Source of the DNA: a plasmid
DNA length: 64,000 nt
Sequence record: NZ_CP033968.1
Strand: one strand, 5' to 3'
Numbering within the stretch: position 1 is the first letter of the stretch; every line of letters begins with the position of its first letter. A program made the position numbers and the translations under genes. Shown here one piece after another: positions 49,137-59,703 of the stretch. The notes below the pieces were generated by a model. The model was not told where the DNA came from. It saw only the letters and a list, made by a program, of their open reading frames with translations, and did not search any database.

Positions 49137-51277
49137 CGGCGCCGGCGACTGCCGTCGATACGCCCCTGCGGCGACGCCGGTCCGTCACGCGCCGGCAGCT
49201 GCATCGCGGACACTTCGGGTTCCTGCGGGCCATCATCCAGGGGCTGCACGCGCGGGCCATGTGGGAACGCTATCTGATGGAGGAGGGCGAGATCGAGGCC
49301 GATCAGGAGTTGCTGGCCCGATCCCCGGAGGGCGAGGAGAGCGAGGCGGCCAACGACGAAGCGGATCCCGCCGCCCGCGCGTTCGCCACCCACCCCAAGG
49401 TCCGCCGGGTCACGGCGTGGCTGCGCAGCGAGCTCATCGCTGCGGCAACCCGGGCCCAGCGCCCCGGTACCGCCCGCCGTTTGAAGCTGGAAGCCCGGGA
49501 CCTGCGGAAGATCGGCCAGAAGGGGCTGGGCCTGCCGTCGCTCGAGGAATTTGTGGCCGAGACCGGCATGGACGGCTTTGGCGAGTCCGAGCAACTGGCC
49601 GCCTACGAGGAGCGCTATGGCAACGCCCTCAAACGGGAATCCAAGCGCGCCAGGATGATGCGTCGCCAGCTCGAGGCGATCGACTGGCTCGAAGAACGGT
49701 ACGCCCAGCCCGTCCTCGCCGGCGACGCTTGCCGGGCGTGGCTGGCCGAGCCCCTCGCGGAGCGCCTGGAGGCGGCCGGGGCCCTGACGCTCGCAGATCT
49801 GCTCGATCGCATCGATGGACTGGGCACCGGCTGGGCCCGCGGCCTGCCAGCGATCGGCGCCGGCAAGGCAAGGGCGATCGAAGCCTTCCTGGCCACCCAC
49901 GCCGAGACGCTGGGCCGGGTGATCGGCAACCACGTGGCGGTGCCGCGCAGGAAGCGTTATGCGCATGAGATGGCCACGGTCGTTCCCCGCGGCAAGGAAA
50001 ACGCCCTGGTCCCGCTCGACAAGCTGCTGCTGCCCGCCCATCTGGACGGTCGGGACGGCGCCTACCGCCTGCCGCAGGCCCGCTGCCTCATCAACGCCCA
50101 CAACGACTACGAAGCCGTGCTGTCCTGGCTCCGGTCCAAACCCGGCCTGGCGCCGGATCGGATCTTGCGCCTGCGGGAAAAGCGCAAGGATGTCGGCACA
50201 GGGCAGGGGCCCTACGACTGGCTGCATTACCTGTCGAATACCCAGCGCGCGTACCGGAAGGAGGCGGAGCGCTTCCTCCTGTGGTCGATGTTGGCCCGCG
50301 GGAAGCCCCTGTCCTCCATGGACACGGACGATTGCATGGCCTACCGGGACTTCCTCGCCGACCCGCCGAAGGAATGGTGTGGCCCGCGCTCGCGGGAACG
50401 ATGGACACCCCTGTGGAGGCCTTTCGAGGGACCGCTCAATCCCCGTGCCCAAGGCTACGCGATCGGTGTGCTGACCAATCTCTACACCTACCTGAACGCC
50501 AAGAACTACCTGGCGGGCAACCCGTGGCAGGGCATCCACGTGCCGACGAGCGCCAAACCCGAACTGGACGTCAGCCGCAGCCTGACCGAAGACCAGTGGG
50601 CCTTCGTCAAAGGGTGTCTCGCCCGCCTGCCGGCGACGTCCATCCATCGCCGGTTGCAGGTTGCCTTGCCCCTGCTGTACGCGACGGGCCTGCGCCTGTC
50701 GGAGCTGGTCGCCGCCAGCACGGATGACCTGGAGTGGGTGAGCCTCGCCCAACCCGGTACCGGCGAGCGGGAGGAGGGCTGGTGGCTCACGGTGATCGGC
50801 AAGGGAAACAAGCTGCGCCGCGTGCCGGTACCGGACGCCACGGTCAACGCCTTGGGCGGGTACCTGGAATCGCGCGGATTCGCCAGTGATCCTGCCCGGT
50901 GCCGCGGGGTGGCGCTGCTAGGCCACGCAACCGACCAGGTCGAACGGGCAGGGGGCTGGGCAAAGGTGGACATGGCTCCCGCCGAGGCAGGATTGGCGGC
51001 AACCACGTTGTACCGGCAGATCAAGCGGTTCTTCCAGGCCTGTGCGACCGAATTGGAAGCGGTCGACGCCCGGGGCGCTGCGCGCCTCGCGGCAGCCAGC
51101 ACGCACTGGATGCGGCACACCCATATTTCCCATGCATTGGCCGCTGGCGCACCGCTCGAGGCCGTCAAGCAAAACGCGGGGCACGCATCGCTTGATACCA
51201 CCACCCGCTACGTCACGACCGAGGACGCCCGCCGCCGAGCTGCAATGAGGAAGTTCTGGGATTCGCAATCAACGTAA
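49133..51277 (+). CDS. Large (714 aa) tyrosine recombinase with N-terminal extension containing an HhH-like motif
   Basis: C-terminal catalytic region LPLLYATGLRLSEL...AASTHWMRHTHISHALAAGAPLEAVKQNAGHASLDTTTRYV (R..H..R..Y), paralogous to the transposon tnpS-like recombinase at 33353..34537. Long N-terminal domain with LPAIGAGKARAIEAFL helix-hairpin-helix-like motif. Confidence 0.8.
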   Translation: MTAPATAVDTPLRRRRSVTRRQLHRGHFGFLRAIIQGLHARAMWERYLMEEGEIEADQELLARSPEGEESEAANDEADPAARAFATHPKVRRVTAWLRSELIAAATRAQRPGTARRLKLEARDLRKIGQKGLGLPSLEEFVAETGMDGFGESEQLAAYEERYGNALKRESKRARMMRRQLEAIDWLEERYAQPVLAGDACRAWLAEPLAERLEAAGALTLADLLDRIDGLGTGWARGLPAIGAGKARAIEAFLATHAETLGRVIGNHVAVPRRKRYAHEMATVVPRGKENALVPLDKLLLPAHLDGRDGAYRLPQARCLINAHNDYEAVLSWLRSKPGLAPDRILRLREKRKDVGTGQGPYDWLHYLSNTQRAYRKEAERFLLWSMLARGKPLSSMDTDDCMAYRDFLADPPKEWCGPRSRERWTPLWRPFEGPLNPRAQGYAIGVLTNLYTYLNAKNYLAGNPWQGIHVPTSAKPELDVSRSLTEDQWAFVKGCLARLPATSIHRRLQVALPLLYATGLRLSELVAASTDDLEWVSLAQPGTGEREEGWWLTVIGKGNKLRRVPVPDATVNALGGYLESRGFASDPARCRGVALLGHATDQVERAGGWAKVDMAPAEAGLAATTLYRQIKRFFQACATELEAVDARGAARLAAASTHWMRHTHISHALAAGAPLEAVKQNAGHASLDTTTRYVTTEDARRRAAMRKFWDSQST

Positions 51278-51302
51278 TTGAAATCAACCTATGGGGGAAG
51301 CG

Positions 51303-51632
51303 ATGTTCGAAGTTCGTCGAGCACGCCTGCTAGCGAAGATGCTAGCGCGTGCCTACCGCATTGAAATGCGGCTCGGCAAGAGGCTGGTCACTACCGTCAG
51401 CGGCTGGGCTTTACAACGTCGCACAGTGAGCGTGGACATTGCAGAGACCGCGTGGGTTGCTAGTGACAAGCCTCGCGTGCGCCTAGTCGTTGACTTCATC
51501 AACGAGCGCATCGAAGTTCGGCAGTACGCAAGTGGCAGAGGCGACGAACTGAAGTTCATGGTTACGTCACTTGAGCAGTTCAACACCGTTGGCCACCAAA
51601 TCGTCGCGTACCTGGTACGCACCTTCCCCTAA
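51303..51632 (+). CDS. Hypothetical small protein
   Basis: 113-aa ORF directly after the recombinase. No recognisable motif. Confidence 0.35.
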   Translation: MFEVRRARLLAKMLARAYRIEMRLGKRLVTTVSGWALQRRTVSVDIAETAWVASDKPRVRLVVDFINERIEVRQYASGRGDELKFMVTSLEQFNTVGHQIVAYLVRTFP

Positions 51633-51704
51633 GTTATTGGGGGTTGGAAGATCGGTACTGCCAACAGCTTGATTCGGGTCCACGATAGACAAAGGGCAGG
51701 GGAC

Positions 51705-52325
51705 ATGAAAGAAGACATTCTGGAGCAGATGGTCGACGAGTACCTCCAGCACAAGGGGTATTTCACCCAGCACAACCTGAAGTTCCGACCAGCCAAAGAC
51801 CATGTCGACTATGTCGCCCAAGCCGATGCGGTTCACAGCGACGTCGACGTGATCGGCATTCACCCGCTAATGCAGGGGCCCGAACGGGTGGTGGTAGTCA
51901 GTTGCAAGAGCTGGCAGCAAGGCTTCAGCCCGCAGTATTGGAGTGATGCGATCGCCAAGAACAAGAAGGTGAATGGTAGGGAAGCATGGCTGGCATTTCG
52001 CGAGCTCGCCAGGCCGAAATGGGCGCAGGCGTTTCGCGCTGAGGTGGAGCGAGCCACGGGCGCAAAGGCATTCACGTACGTAACGGCCGTGACGCGGCTC
52101 ACTGCCCAAGCAGATCGGACTGCTTGGGAACAGCACCCAGAGTTCCGCCAGAGCTTGAATGGAAACCCCATCAGGATACTGACGTTCGACGATATGTTGA
52201 GTGAGCTATTTCCGACGATCAACCAGACAGTCGCCTCCTCACAACTCGGTCGCCTGCTTCAACTGATCAAGGCATCAGGTTGGGCGCTAGCTTCGAGGAA
52301 TGAAAATGGGCCATCCTTGGTCTAG
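51705..52325 (+). CDS. Hypothetical protein with PD-(D/E)xK (restriction-endonuclease-like) fold motifs
   Basis: GGGGA RBS. Helix with conserved acidic residue (EDILEQMVDEYL), then strands ...SDVDVIGIHP... and ...RVVVVSCKSW... This gives the D...D...(S/E)xK arrangement of PD-(D/E)xK nucleases. Confidence 0.45.
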   Translation: MKEDILEQMVDEYLQHKGYFTQHNLKFRPAKDHVDYVAQADAVHSDVDVIGIHPLMQGPERVVVVSCKSWQQGFSPQYWSDAIAKNKKVNGREAWLAFRELARPKWAQAFRAEVERATGAKAFTYVTAVTRLTAQADRTAWEQHPEFRQSLNGNPIRILTFDDMLSELFPTINQTVASSQLGRLLQLIKASGWALASRNENGPSLV

Positions 52326-52439
52326 GTCACGGTCACTGCCAAAGCCTCGCGCCGTACTCCGGACGTGTCATGATCGCCGATCGCCGCGCGGCAATTCAGT
52401 TACATTGCGCCTAACCGTACTAGCTGACAATTGACCCTA

Positions 52440-53249
52440 ATGAATACCAAGGTTTTTGACTGGAGAATGCGCCGGAACTGGCTGGCTAGCATCCGCCACT
52501 ATGCAGGCCATGTGCTAACCGTCGAACTGCGACAGCATCTCTCGCAAGAGCGGCCGAAATGCTGGTCGGACGACTTTGCCTGGCTACCCGACTCGGAATA
52601 CGTCCTACCCGAATTCGTCGCTGGCTTAACCAGCTACTACACGCATTTCAAGGGCTTTCATGGCTGCCGCCCGTTGAAGCTGGCCAGCTACTACGAGCGC
52701 GGCTTGCTCGGGCAAGACAGCGAACTTCTTTGCGACGCGTTCCGCGAGATTTTTTCGGATGTACCCAAGGAGGACGTGGATAGTGCCATCAAGCAGTTCG
52801 CCGACCGCAGCGATAGGGAGCGGGGCAAAATGTGGCTCGTGGGAAGTGACGAATTTCTAGTAAAACAATGCGGCCATTACCTCATCCAAGGTAGTGAATA
52901 TTTGATGGCGCTCGCGGCGCATCTGGGCCGTCCCCTGAGTGGTGAAGACTACCGCTTCCGGCTTCGCAACTATGGCATCCCGACAATTCTGGAGGTCGAT
53001 GTCCCAGTAGGCCTCGTGCCTGCGGCGCAGCATGTTGAAGTGGCGAAGATGATCTTGTCCGAGTGGGGGCAACTAGCCGCTCGGCGCCCCTTGGGTTTTG
53101 GGGGTGAGCCCCCCTGCTATGTCGTTCGCCAAGACATCCCCCCCGATTGCGTTCAGGGCCATTACCATCCCAAACAGATTGTTGACCCCCATCAGGGAAA
53201 CCGGCCGTACATCAATGGCCTGCTGACCTGCGATGTGTGCGGCGGGTAA
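52440..53249 (+). CDS. Hypothetical protein (about 270 aa)
   Basis: Co-directional ORF, no recognised motif. ORF track starts at TTG 52431. Confidence 0.4.
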   Translation: MNTKVFDWRMRRNWLASIRHYAGHVLTVELRQHLSQERPKCWSDDFAWLPDSEYVLPEFVAGLTSYYTHFKGFHGCRPLKLASYYERGLLGQDSELLCDAFREIFSDVPKEDVDSAIKQFADRSDRERGKMWLVGSDEFLVKQCGHYLIQGSEYLMALAAHLGRPLSGEDYRFRLRNYGIPTILEVDVPVGLVPAAQHVEVAKMILSEWGQLAARRPLGFGGEPPCYVVRQDIPPDCVQGHYHPKQIVDPHQGNRPYINGLLTCDVCGG

Positions 53250-53306
53250 ATCCGCCGCCAAGCGTGTGGCGACAACACAGACCGGCTTTGAAGAGATACG
53301 AGACTA

Positions 53307-54497
53307 ATGGAGCAACTTGCACAGGTTTTGAGGCAGATCGGGGACCTGCCCCAGATGGAATCGCCGGAACTCAACTTCTACGCGGTTGGCGGCGCGGGGT
53401 ATTTGGAGAACCCTACGTCCGACCTGATGGCTCTTTTCATGGGTGCGGAACCACAAGCGCCGCGATGGCTAGCAAAAGCACTTCTATCGTGTCTCGCAAA
53501 TAGAGGCCTGGCTGAAGGGATCATAGTCGAGTCGGTCGACTGGGACGGCGTTACCGCTGAACGGGAAGTTGCCCAGACCGATCAAGAGAGTGATTCTGTA
53601 AAACGCCTTGATCTCGTGATTTCTGACGGGGACTTCGTTCTGGGCATCGAGAATAAGGTCTACGCCACCGCACGCGGAAACCCGTTCCACGTTTACGACC
53701 GGCTGCTTGCTGAACGCGCAGCCGGTGGGCCAATTATCAAATGCGTACTCCGCCCGACCGATAGGACCTCCGATGTTCCATTGGGATGGCCGGTGGTCAC
53801 CTATCCCGATCTCGTGAAGACAGCGCTCGATCTTCTAGGCCAGGAATTCGTTCGGGCACCGGTATCAAAGTGGCACTTTTTCTACAGAGAATTTCTCAAC
53901 CACCTAGAGTCACTCGCCAACCCAGAGAGCGGCACCATAATGTCAGACGCAGCATTCAGCTTTGCCCTGAAAAACTTCCATGCACTTAGCCAGGCCGCCG
54001 ATCTCCTAGGCGAGTTCAAATCGCAGCTTGAGCACGATGCCACGGCACGCGTGCGAGAACGTCTATCGGCTATGACACTAGAAGGGTCCGTCGCGCTGAC
54101 TTCGAAACAGCAGGTCTGGCGATCCCTTAACCAGCATGTAGTCGAGATTTATCCTGCTAGCTGGGGAAAATATTCGAAGGTGGTACTGGCTTATGGTGAA
54201 GATGAAACGGATGAAGATCATGCGCTGTACTTCTACGTTCTCGGCTACATCAGCTTCGGTACCGAAAAGCAAAGCATCGAAGAGATCAAACAAAGGTTTT
54301 ACGCCGACACGAAGAACGAAGTCAGTTCATGGCGTACCCACTCGGACCCGGCAGACAATTTGTTTGAGGAGGGTCGATCGACCAAGTATCTCGGAATCAG
54401 CGGCATGCCCAAGGATGCGACGCTGAGCGGGGCGTTGCAAGCGCTGGAAGACCTTGCAGCCTGGATGCAGCAGTTTGTATTCACCCCGGCGCAATGA
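53307..54497 (+). CDS. Hypothetical protein with PD-(D/E)xK-like core (PDDEXK_4-like organisation)
   Basis: 396 aa; N-terminal NFYAVGGAGYLENPTSDLMALFM followed by RLDLVISDGDFVLGIENKVYA. The D-x-D ... E-N-K arrangement resembles nuclease-superfamily proteins common in defence islands. Confidence 0.45.
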   Translation: MEQLAQVLRQIGDLPQMESPELNFYAVGGAGYLENPTSDLMALFMGAEPQAPRWLAKALLSCLANRGLAEGIIVESVDWDGVTAEREVAQTDQESDSVKRLDLVISDGDFVLGIENKVYATARGNPFHVYDRLLAERAAGGPIIKCVLRPTDRTSDVPLGWPVVTYPDLVKTALDLLGQEFVRAPVSKWHFFYREFLNHLESLANPESGTIMSDAAFSFALKNFHALSQAADLLGEFKSQLEHDATARVRERLSAMTLEGSVALTSKQQVWRSLNQHVVEIYPASWGKYSKVVLAYGEDETDEDHALYFYVLGYISFGTEKQSIEEIKQRFYADTKNEVSSWRTHSDPADNLFEEGRSTKYLGISGMPKDATLSGALQALEDLAAWMQQFVFTPAQ

Positions 54498-54604
54498 CTT
54501 CGGCAATTAAGCCCGGCGCGACGGAGGTAATCTAGCCGCCCCCCATGTGCGCCCTGTGACACAGATCAAGACCAACCATCACCAGAATCGCAAGACGATC
54601 AACA

Positions 54605-55297
54605 ATGACGAATTCTCTCATTCGACCCACAGTCGGCGAGGTGTATCAACTCCTCCAAGGCGTCAGTGGCCTGCTCGTACATTTTTCTGGGGCGCCGAAA
54701 GGCGCGGGGAAAACTGACGCTGAAAGATTGTGGTTCCCTGACGACCTGCAGAAGGTACTTGACGGGAAAGCGCAAGGAGGACTCTCCGCGTCGGTGGTCA
54801 TGCCAGGCGACCGGTTTGGGCAACACTATGCGAGCAATGCGGTTGGTTGCGTTGGTGTGATTCTCGGCCTGCACTCTCCGCAATCCCTACGGTGTGCAGA
54901 TGCGGCAGATTGTGGCTCGTGGACTGACCAGACGGGAAGCCGAATGTGCGACGCGCCAGCGAGCCTCTCAATTCAAGAATTGGCGCTGACGATTTCCAAT
55001 CGGCGCCAAGGTTGCTACAACGAATGGGTGATTGCCGACTACATCCCGCTTGGAATTCTCGCGATGCCTCCGTTTGAGGTGCGAACCGGAGGGTCGCCTT
55101 CTGACTTGCCAGGCGGCGGCGACCTTTCGCCCGAACTCGCCGGAGACAGCCCCGTTGAGGTTCCAAAGTTTCTCGATCTGGCAAGCGTGCGCAGGGTCTT
55201 TCCGAGTCAGCCGCTCTACACGATGACTGGAGAAGGCATTGCCTTGGTAGGGCCAGACGACAGTACCTCAATCATTCTTCACGACCAGATCTATTGA
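54605..55297 (+). CDS. Hypothetical protein with N-terminal P-loop-like motif
   Basis: 230 aa; HFSGAPKGAGKTDAE fits [AG]xxxxGK[ST] Walker A. Possible small NTPase or kinase. Rest unrecognised. Confidence 0.35.
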   Translation: MTNSLIRPTVGEVYQLLQGVSGLLVHFSGAPKGAGKTDAERLWFPDDLQKVLDGKAQGGLSASVVMPGDRFGQHYASNAVGCVGVILGLHSPQSLRCADAADCGSWTDQTGSRMCDAPASLSIQELALTISNRRQGCYNEWVIADYIPLGILAMPPFEVRTGGSPSDLPGGGDLSPELAGDSPVEVPKFLDLASVRRVFPSQPLYTMTGEGIALVGPDDSTSIILHDQIY

Positions 55298-55550
55298 GCA
55301 GGGGCGGGCCAGCCAATGGCGGCATGACATGGCAGGGGAACGGCCGGTCACCCAGACCAATGATCAGACCACTTGATCTTCTGCCGACGATGAGTATCAT
55401 GCTTGGAGCGCTGCCCAAGCCTTCCGTGCACCCGCCGACTCGGCGGATGGTAAAACAGGGCCTATTCCACCTCCTCATTCTCGTGCTGACTTCTGTCGCG
55501 GCCGAGGCAATGTGCACACCTCTCACGCCGCGCAAAATGGAAGACTCAGC

Positions 55551-57098
55551 ATGCCTGCTCTTGCACACCCCTATGGGTCCAACGGGTTCTGGAACGATCT
55601 GGCCAGACGACTCGAGCCTTTCTTGGGCAACGTCAAAGTCTGTCTGGGTGGGAATTGGTACGACCGCTTCGAAGACCTGTTCACCAAGCCTGATTTCGAG
55701 ACTGTCGCAATCGCCGAAGGCGGTCTGCCCCAAGCACGCTATCTGATTGAGCTGCAAAACTCAGCAGATGTCCTGGCGAGTCGCTACGACTGGCTAATGG
55801 CAGGAGCATCGGAGGCAGAGTGTGTCGCCGCTCTGCTAGATATGTGTCGAGACTCCGATCAATGGCCAACCGCTATATCTCGAGCCCACAATATCCTTGC
55901 ATTCTCGCGCGACAACGTCCCGTTTGCAGAGATTAGACCAGTCCCTGAGCCGCCTCGCTGGTCCAGCGCGACACTTGACCGCGCCGAGCACGCGCTAGGT
56001 CGGTTGCACAAGAACGGCGACTCGGAAAAGGAGTTCGCCAATCGAATCAAGCGATGGCCGGGATTCGAATCAGTCCAGGTAGGTGATCGCGAGCAAACGA
56101 CGCCGCAGTGGGGTCACTGGCCTAGCCCGGCGGAGTGGCTGATATTGGCTCGACAGCTTCTCAGCATCGCGGGAGCAACCGAAGCCGGCACTGCGCAAGC
56201 GCAGGCGCTGGTTGCCGCCATCTTTGACGTGGCCAGCTGGCATCACCTTTGCGGGCTGATGCCTGGTTGTCGCGATGCCCAGTGGTGGGCATTGCAGGGC
56301 CCGTTTTTAACTTCTCTCGGACGGAATTCTGAGGACGAACGGGTGTTCCCTGGCCCTGTAGAGGCCTTCATGGATTTCATTACTCGCGGGACAAAGCTTA
56401 GTCCTGATGATGGCCCTTGGACCGCCCGTATAAGCTGGCCTTTGGAAATGCCCTATATAACGCTTGAATCCGAACGCCGCCACGATGGAGGGCCCTATCC
56501 GTTGCCAATTTTGGGGGCGAGCATGGAGGCGGTGTGCCATACCTCTGCTAGACCAGAGAGCCTTGCTGCCATAGCGTCGCCACTGAGCACTAACGACCTT
56601 GAAGGGGTGTTAGCGTGCTTTGTGATCGACCCTAACGACGACAGCTACTCCACCCGCATTTTCCACAGAGCGAACTTTGGTGGGCTGCTCTGCAAAGGCT
56701 TCGTTACGAGCGATGGCCCATATATCACTTGCGGAGACGGCTGGATGGACAGCACTCCGCTCGGCGTCTCGATGCTTCGGAAGTTTCAGCCCCATCCAAA
56801 GAATGGCCGCCCCCAGAAAGAGGGATGGTGGCTGGTGAAGTACTCCAGTGAGGCCAGGGTTGATCTGACGCGGTTCTCGGAAACACAGATCCAGCAGCTC
56901 AGTAAAGAGTTTGGCATCGTGGTTGCCGGTGAAGCCGAGTACGGGGACGACGAAGAGCGGTTCTTTTCCTCACCTGCCTGGTCAGCTCTGCAGGACTGGG
57001 CACGGTCACACCCTGAGTTGGCGAAAGACTTAGCCGAAGGGGCGTCCTACTTACCAGGCTGGTACCAGCGAGCAAAGCGCAAGGCGGCGTTGCACTGA
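55551..57098 (+). CDS. Large hypothetical protein (about 515 aa)
   Basis: Long uninterrupted co-directional ORF with GGAAGA RBS before Met 55551. No recognised domain. Confidence 0.45.
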   Translation: MPALAHPYGSNGFWNDLARRLEPFLGNVKVCLGGNWYDRFEDLFTKPDFETVAIAEGGLPQARYLIELQNSADVLASRYDWLMAGASEAECVAALLDMCRDSDQWPTAISRAHNILAFSRDNVPFAEIRPVPEPPRWSSATLDRAEHALGRLHKNGDSEKEFANRIKRWPGFESVQVGDREQTTPQWGHWPSPAEWLILARQLLSIAGATEAGTAQAQALVAAIFDVASWHHLCGLMPGCRDAQWWALQGPFLTSLGRNSEDERVFPGPVEAFMDFITRGTKLSPDDGPWTARISWPLEMPYITLESERRHDGGPYPLPILGASMEAVCHTSARPESLAAIASPLSTNDLEGVLACFVIDPNDDSYSTRIFHRANFGGLLCKGFVTSDGPYITCGDGWMDSTPLGVSMLRKFQPHPKNGRPQKEGWWLVKYSSEARVDLTRFSETQIQQLSKEFGIVVAGEAEYGDDEERFFSSPAWSALQDWARSHPELAKDLAEGASYLPGWYQRAKRKAALH

Positions 57099-57210
57099 TC
57101 TCCGGTCAGCATTCTGGATGTACATGCGCGAGAGAGGGGTAAGGGAGGCAAGGCCACGGCCAGAGTTGATTGGTACAATCCGCCGTGAGCCTTAGCCACC
57201 TACTTTCGAT

Positions 57211-57543
57211 ATGAAACAGTTCACGTTTGAGGATGTTCTGAGTCTGACTTTCGACGAGCTTGGCGCCATAGAAGACCCCATGCAATTGGCCGCCACCGCG
57301 CAAGTCTCACCGATGCTTGTACGGTACGTCATCAGAACGGACCAACTCGAAGAGAGGTACCGCGGCGTCCGAATGCGCACCTTGCTCGGTGCAATCGACG
57401 TAGCTGCCGCGGCAGTAAAATGGCCAAACGTGGTCGGGCAGAAAGCTCTGTTGGCACAGAAGGATGCCGACGTTGATGCCTATTTGGATGAGCTACAACC
57501 GCATGTAGCCAAGGCAATCGAATTGGCGCCCAAGTACCACTGA
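57211..57543 (+). CDS. Hypothetical small protein (last gene of the co-directional cluster)
   Basis: 110-aa ORF followed 8 nt later by a strong hairpin terminator. Confidence 0.35.
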   Translation: MKQFTFEDVLSLTFDELGAIEDPMQLAATAQVSPMLVRYVIRTDQLEERYRGVRMRTLLGAIDVAAAAVKWPNVVGQKALLAQKDADVDAYLDELQPHVAKAIELAPKYH

Positions 57544-57550
57544 CCCATGA

Positions 57551-57580
57551 AAAAAGGCCCGCGACTTAGCGGGCCTTGGT
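57551..57580. terminator. Bidirectional intrinsic terminator-like hairpin
   Basis: AAAAA-GGCCCGC-gacttag-GCGGGCC-TTGGTT. Perfect 7-bp GC stem flanked by an A-run and a T-containing tail, between convergent genes. Confidence 0.55.
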
Positions 57581-57605
57581 TCATCAAACGGTAGGTTGCG
57601 TACGA

Positions 57606-57973
57606 TTACTTCATCGAGGGCCAGCCCATCGGCTCGGCCTCGTTCAGCGCAACATCTGCCTCATTGACCATGGTCGTCACGACCGCAAACTGTTCCTCCG
57701 TCAACTTCTTTGCGGAAGCCAATCCGATGGCTTCCGAGTACTTGCGAGCAGCTTGCTCGCACTGCGTCTTTTGCTCGCCCAAGGTCTGAAGTTCCTCAGG
57801 GTCCGTATCGTCGTCAGAGTTGTCCAGGGCTTTATCGAAGGCGCTGGTGAGGTGACCGTCAAGGCGTGCCAGATGACGCTGGCACTTGCGGATGTGTCGT
57901 TTAACGTGGTTGACTTCGGCTCGATCTGCGAGAGCCACCGGCTCGCTAGATGAACCACCCGTGTCAGTTGTCA
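57606..57973 (-). CDS. Hypothetical protein
   Basis: ORF 57606..58055. Probable start Met 57973. Predicted mostly helical with an acidic patch. No homology recognised. Confidence 0.3.
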
Positions 57974-58192
57974 TAATCAACTCCAGGAAAGAGACTATTG
58001 CTCTGAGCTGGCGCCAATTCAAGTTGAGAGGGTGATCAATCCTCCTGGTCGACAATCTACCCGAAGGTTACGCCGTTTGGAAGGCGGCAGATGCGTCCGG
58101 GAACCCAAGCTCTGAGCGCCGGCCCACACGGCAATCCCCGGGCTCTCCTGCCGTGCTAGATTGCAGAAATCTATAGGCCAGAGGTACAAACC

Positions 58193-58369
58193 ATGGAAGT
58201 GGAAGGTCAAGTCCTATACGTCTACCGCTGTCCGACGTGCGGCCACCGTGGCGAAGTTCATTTCGCCGACGACTCGCATGATGCCGCTTCCCATACTTGC
58301 GCTTCGTGTGGTGGTCAGGTCTCGCTCGAGTGGGATGGCGGCGTGACGTTCGATGTTGTGCCAAAGTCC
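58193..58369 (+). CDS. Small (58 aa) zinc-ribbon protein, not in the >=60 aa ORF track
   Basis: Manual translation: MEVEGQVLYVYRCPTCGHRGEVHFADDSHDAASHTCASCGGQVSLEWDGGVTFDVVPKS*. It has two CxxCG knuckles (C-P-T-C-G and C-A-S-C-G). Confidence 0.4.
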
Positions 58370-58623
58370 TGATCTACCTACCAAGGGCACGCCCCAAAAT
58401 CCTTCACCTCCACGCCCCAAATCTGTTCCCCTTTGCGCCGGCGGTGGCGTCAAGTTGCACAGATGCGCCTTCGCCGCTAATATCTTGCGGTGGATGGCCT
58501 CCCAACCTGCCGACGGGTTAAACGGCCTGCGATACCTACGGACACTCGTCCTCGGCATGTGAATCTCCATTTCATTGTGCCCGCATGTAATCGTCGGTTG
58601 TGGGCAAGAAACGGAGTTTTCCC

Positions 58624-59238
58624 ATGTTGCTGCTATTCCCATCCGCTCTCACTCAGAACTCAGCTGGCGAACACAAGAAGGCCGCGCGAGAGCAATTTTC
58701 TGGCATCAAATCGTCGCACTTGAGCGAAGCCATCGCGTCTGGTTTTGGCTATCAGTCCCATGCGGCTCTGCTCGCCGCGCTGGGTAGCAACGCCCGCCCG
58801 CGCAGTAATTTCTCTTTGATTGGTTTCGGGAAGCGGTTGACTGAACTCGGATACGAACGCCCAGCGGATTTCCTGGCCGACCAGGACGTGCCCTGGGCAG
58901 TTCAATGCCTGGTGTCCCTCATGATCGAGGCGGGATTTCGAGACTCTCTTGCTAGCAACAGTTCACGGATCGGCGTCACCAAGACAATTGATGCGCTCAA
59001 TGTCGCCGGTTGCACCGAGTTCAATTTCAAGGCCCTAGGCCGGCAAGCGCAACAGCAACAGACCCGAGCCTTGCGCGAACTCTTCAGCACGGTTATCGAG
59101 TTGCAAGTCTCGGTGCGAGACGGCGATCGCGTATTGAGATCGCCGATTGTCCGAGAGGTAGGAATCGAGACGCCAACCAACTGCATATTGTTCTCGCTAG
59201 CGGACGTTATTGTCCGAGCGGCCCGGTTAGCAGCTTAG
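58624..59238 (+). CDS. Hypothetical protein
   Basis: About 205-aa ORF (track 58600..59238). No recognised motif. Confidence 0.3.
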   Translation: MLLLFPSALTQNSAGEHKKAAREQFSGIKSSHLSEAIASGFGYQSHAALLAALGSNARPRSNFSLIGFGKRLTELGYERPADFLADQDVPWAVQCLVSLMIEAGFRDSLASNSSRIGVTKTIDALNVAGCTEFNFKALGRQAQQQQTRALRELFSTVIELQVSVRDGDRVLRSPIVREVGIETPTNCILFSLADVIVRAARLAA

Positions 59239-59622
59239 CGCCCTACGTGTGACGCTTGATGCACATAACGTCTATTATGTTAAATGCGCCAAGCAAACCA
59301 GCCGGGGAGATGCGAGATGGTTAAAAGGCGGGTATGATGCCCATTTTCCCGGCTTCGGTGCCGTGTCTGGCACATTGTTGATCGGGGACTTCCTCAGCGG
59401 ATGTCTGGTGTTGTTTGCTTCCTTGTTTATGGTGTTCGAGGTCGAGATCGGCGTCGAGGCTCATTTGAAAGGAAAAAAATGAAACTGAGATTCAAGCTGA
59501 AAAGCAATCGAAGGGGCGCGGGGTTACTGGGGGTATGCGCACTGGACACTGCAGGGGAGTCACGATCGCATACGTGGCAGACTTAGGCCCAAAGAGTGCC
59601 TCAGCCCCCGCCAATTCCAAGA

Positions 59623-59648
59623 AACGCTCCACTGGGGCGTTTTTTTTC
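59623..59648 (+). terminator. Rho-independent terminator
   Basis: AACGC(T)CC-ACTG-GGGCGTT followed by TTTTTTT. Confidence 0.5.
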
Positions 59649-59703
59649 GACCCTCGTCAGCTGGCGGGCGTCGCACGAAGGATGAACTAGTAGGAGTAAC
59701 AAG

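Noticed and set aside
49082-50752. 556-aa minus-strand ORF
   Set aside because: Antisense to the tyrosine recombinase gene, which has clear catalytic motifs. No motifs in the antisense frame.
59249-59586. Small ORFs 59249..59482 and 59401..59586 upstream of the 59623 terminator
   Set aside because: One has a hydrophobic stretch and might be a real mini-protein, but there is no RBS or conservation evidence. Left unannotated.
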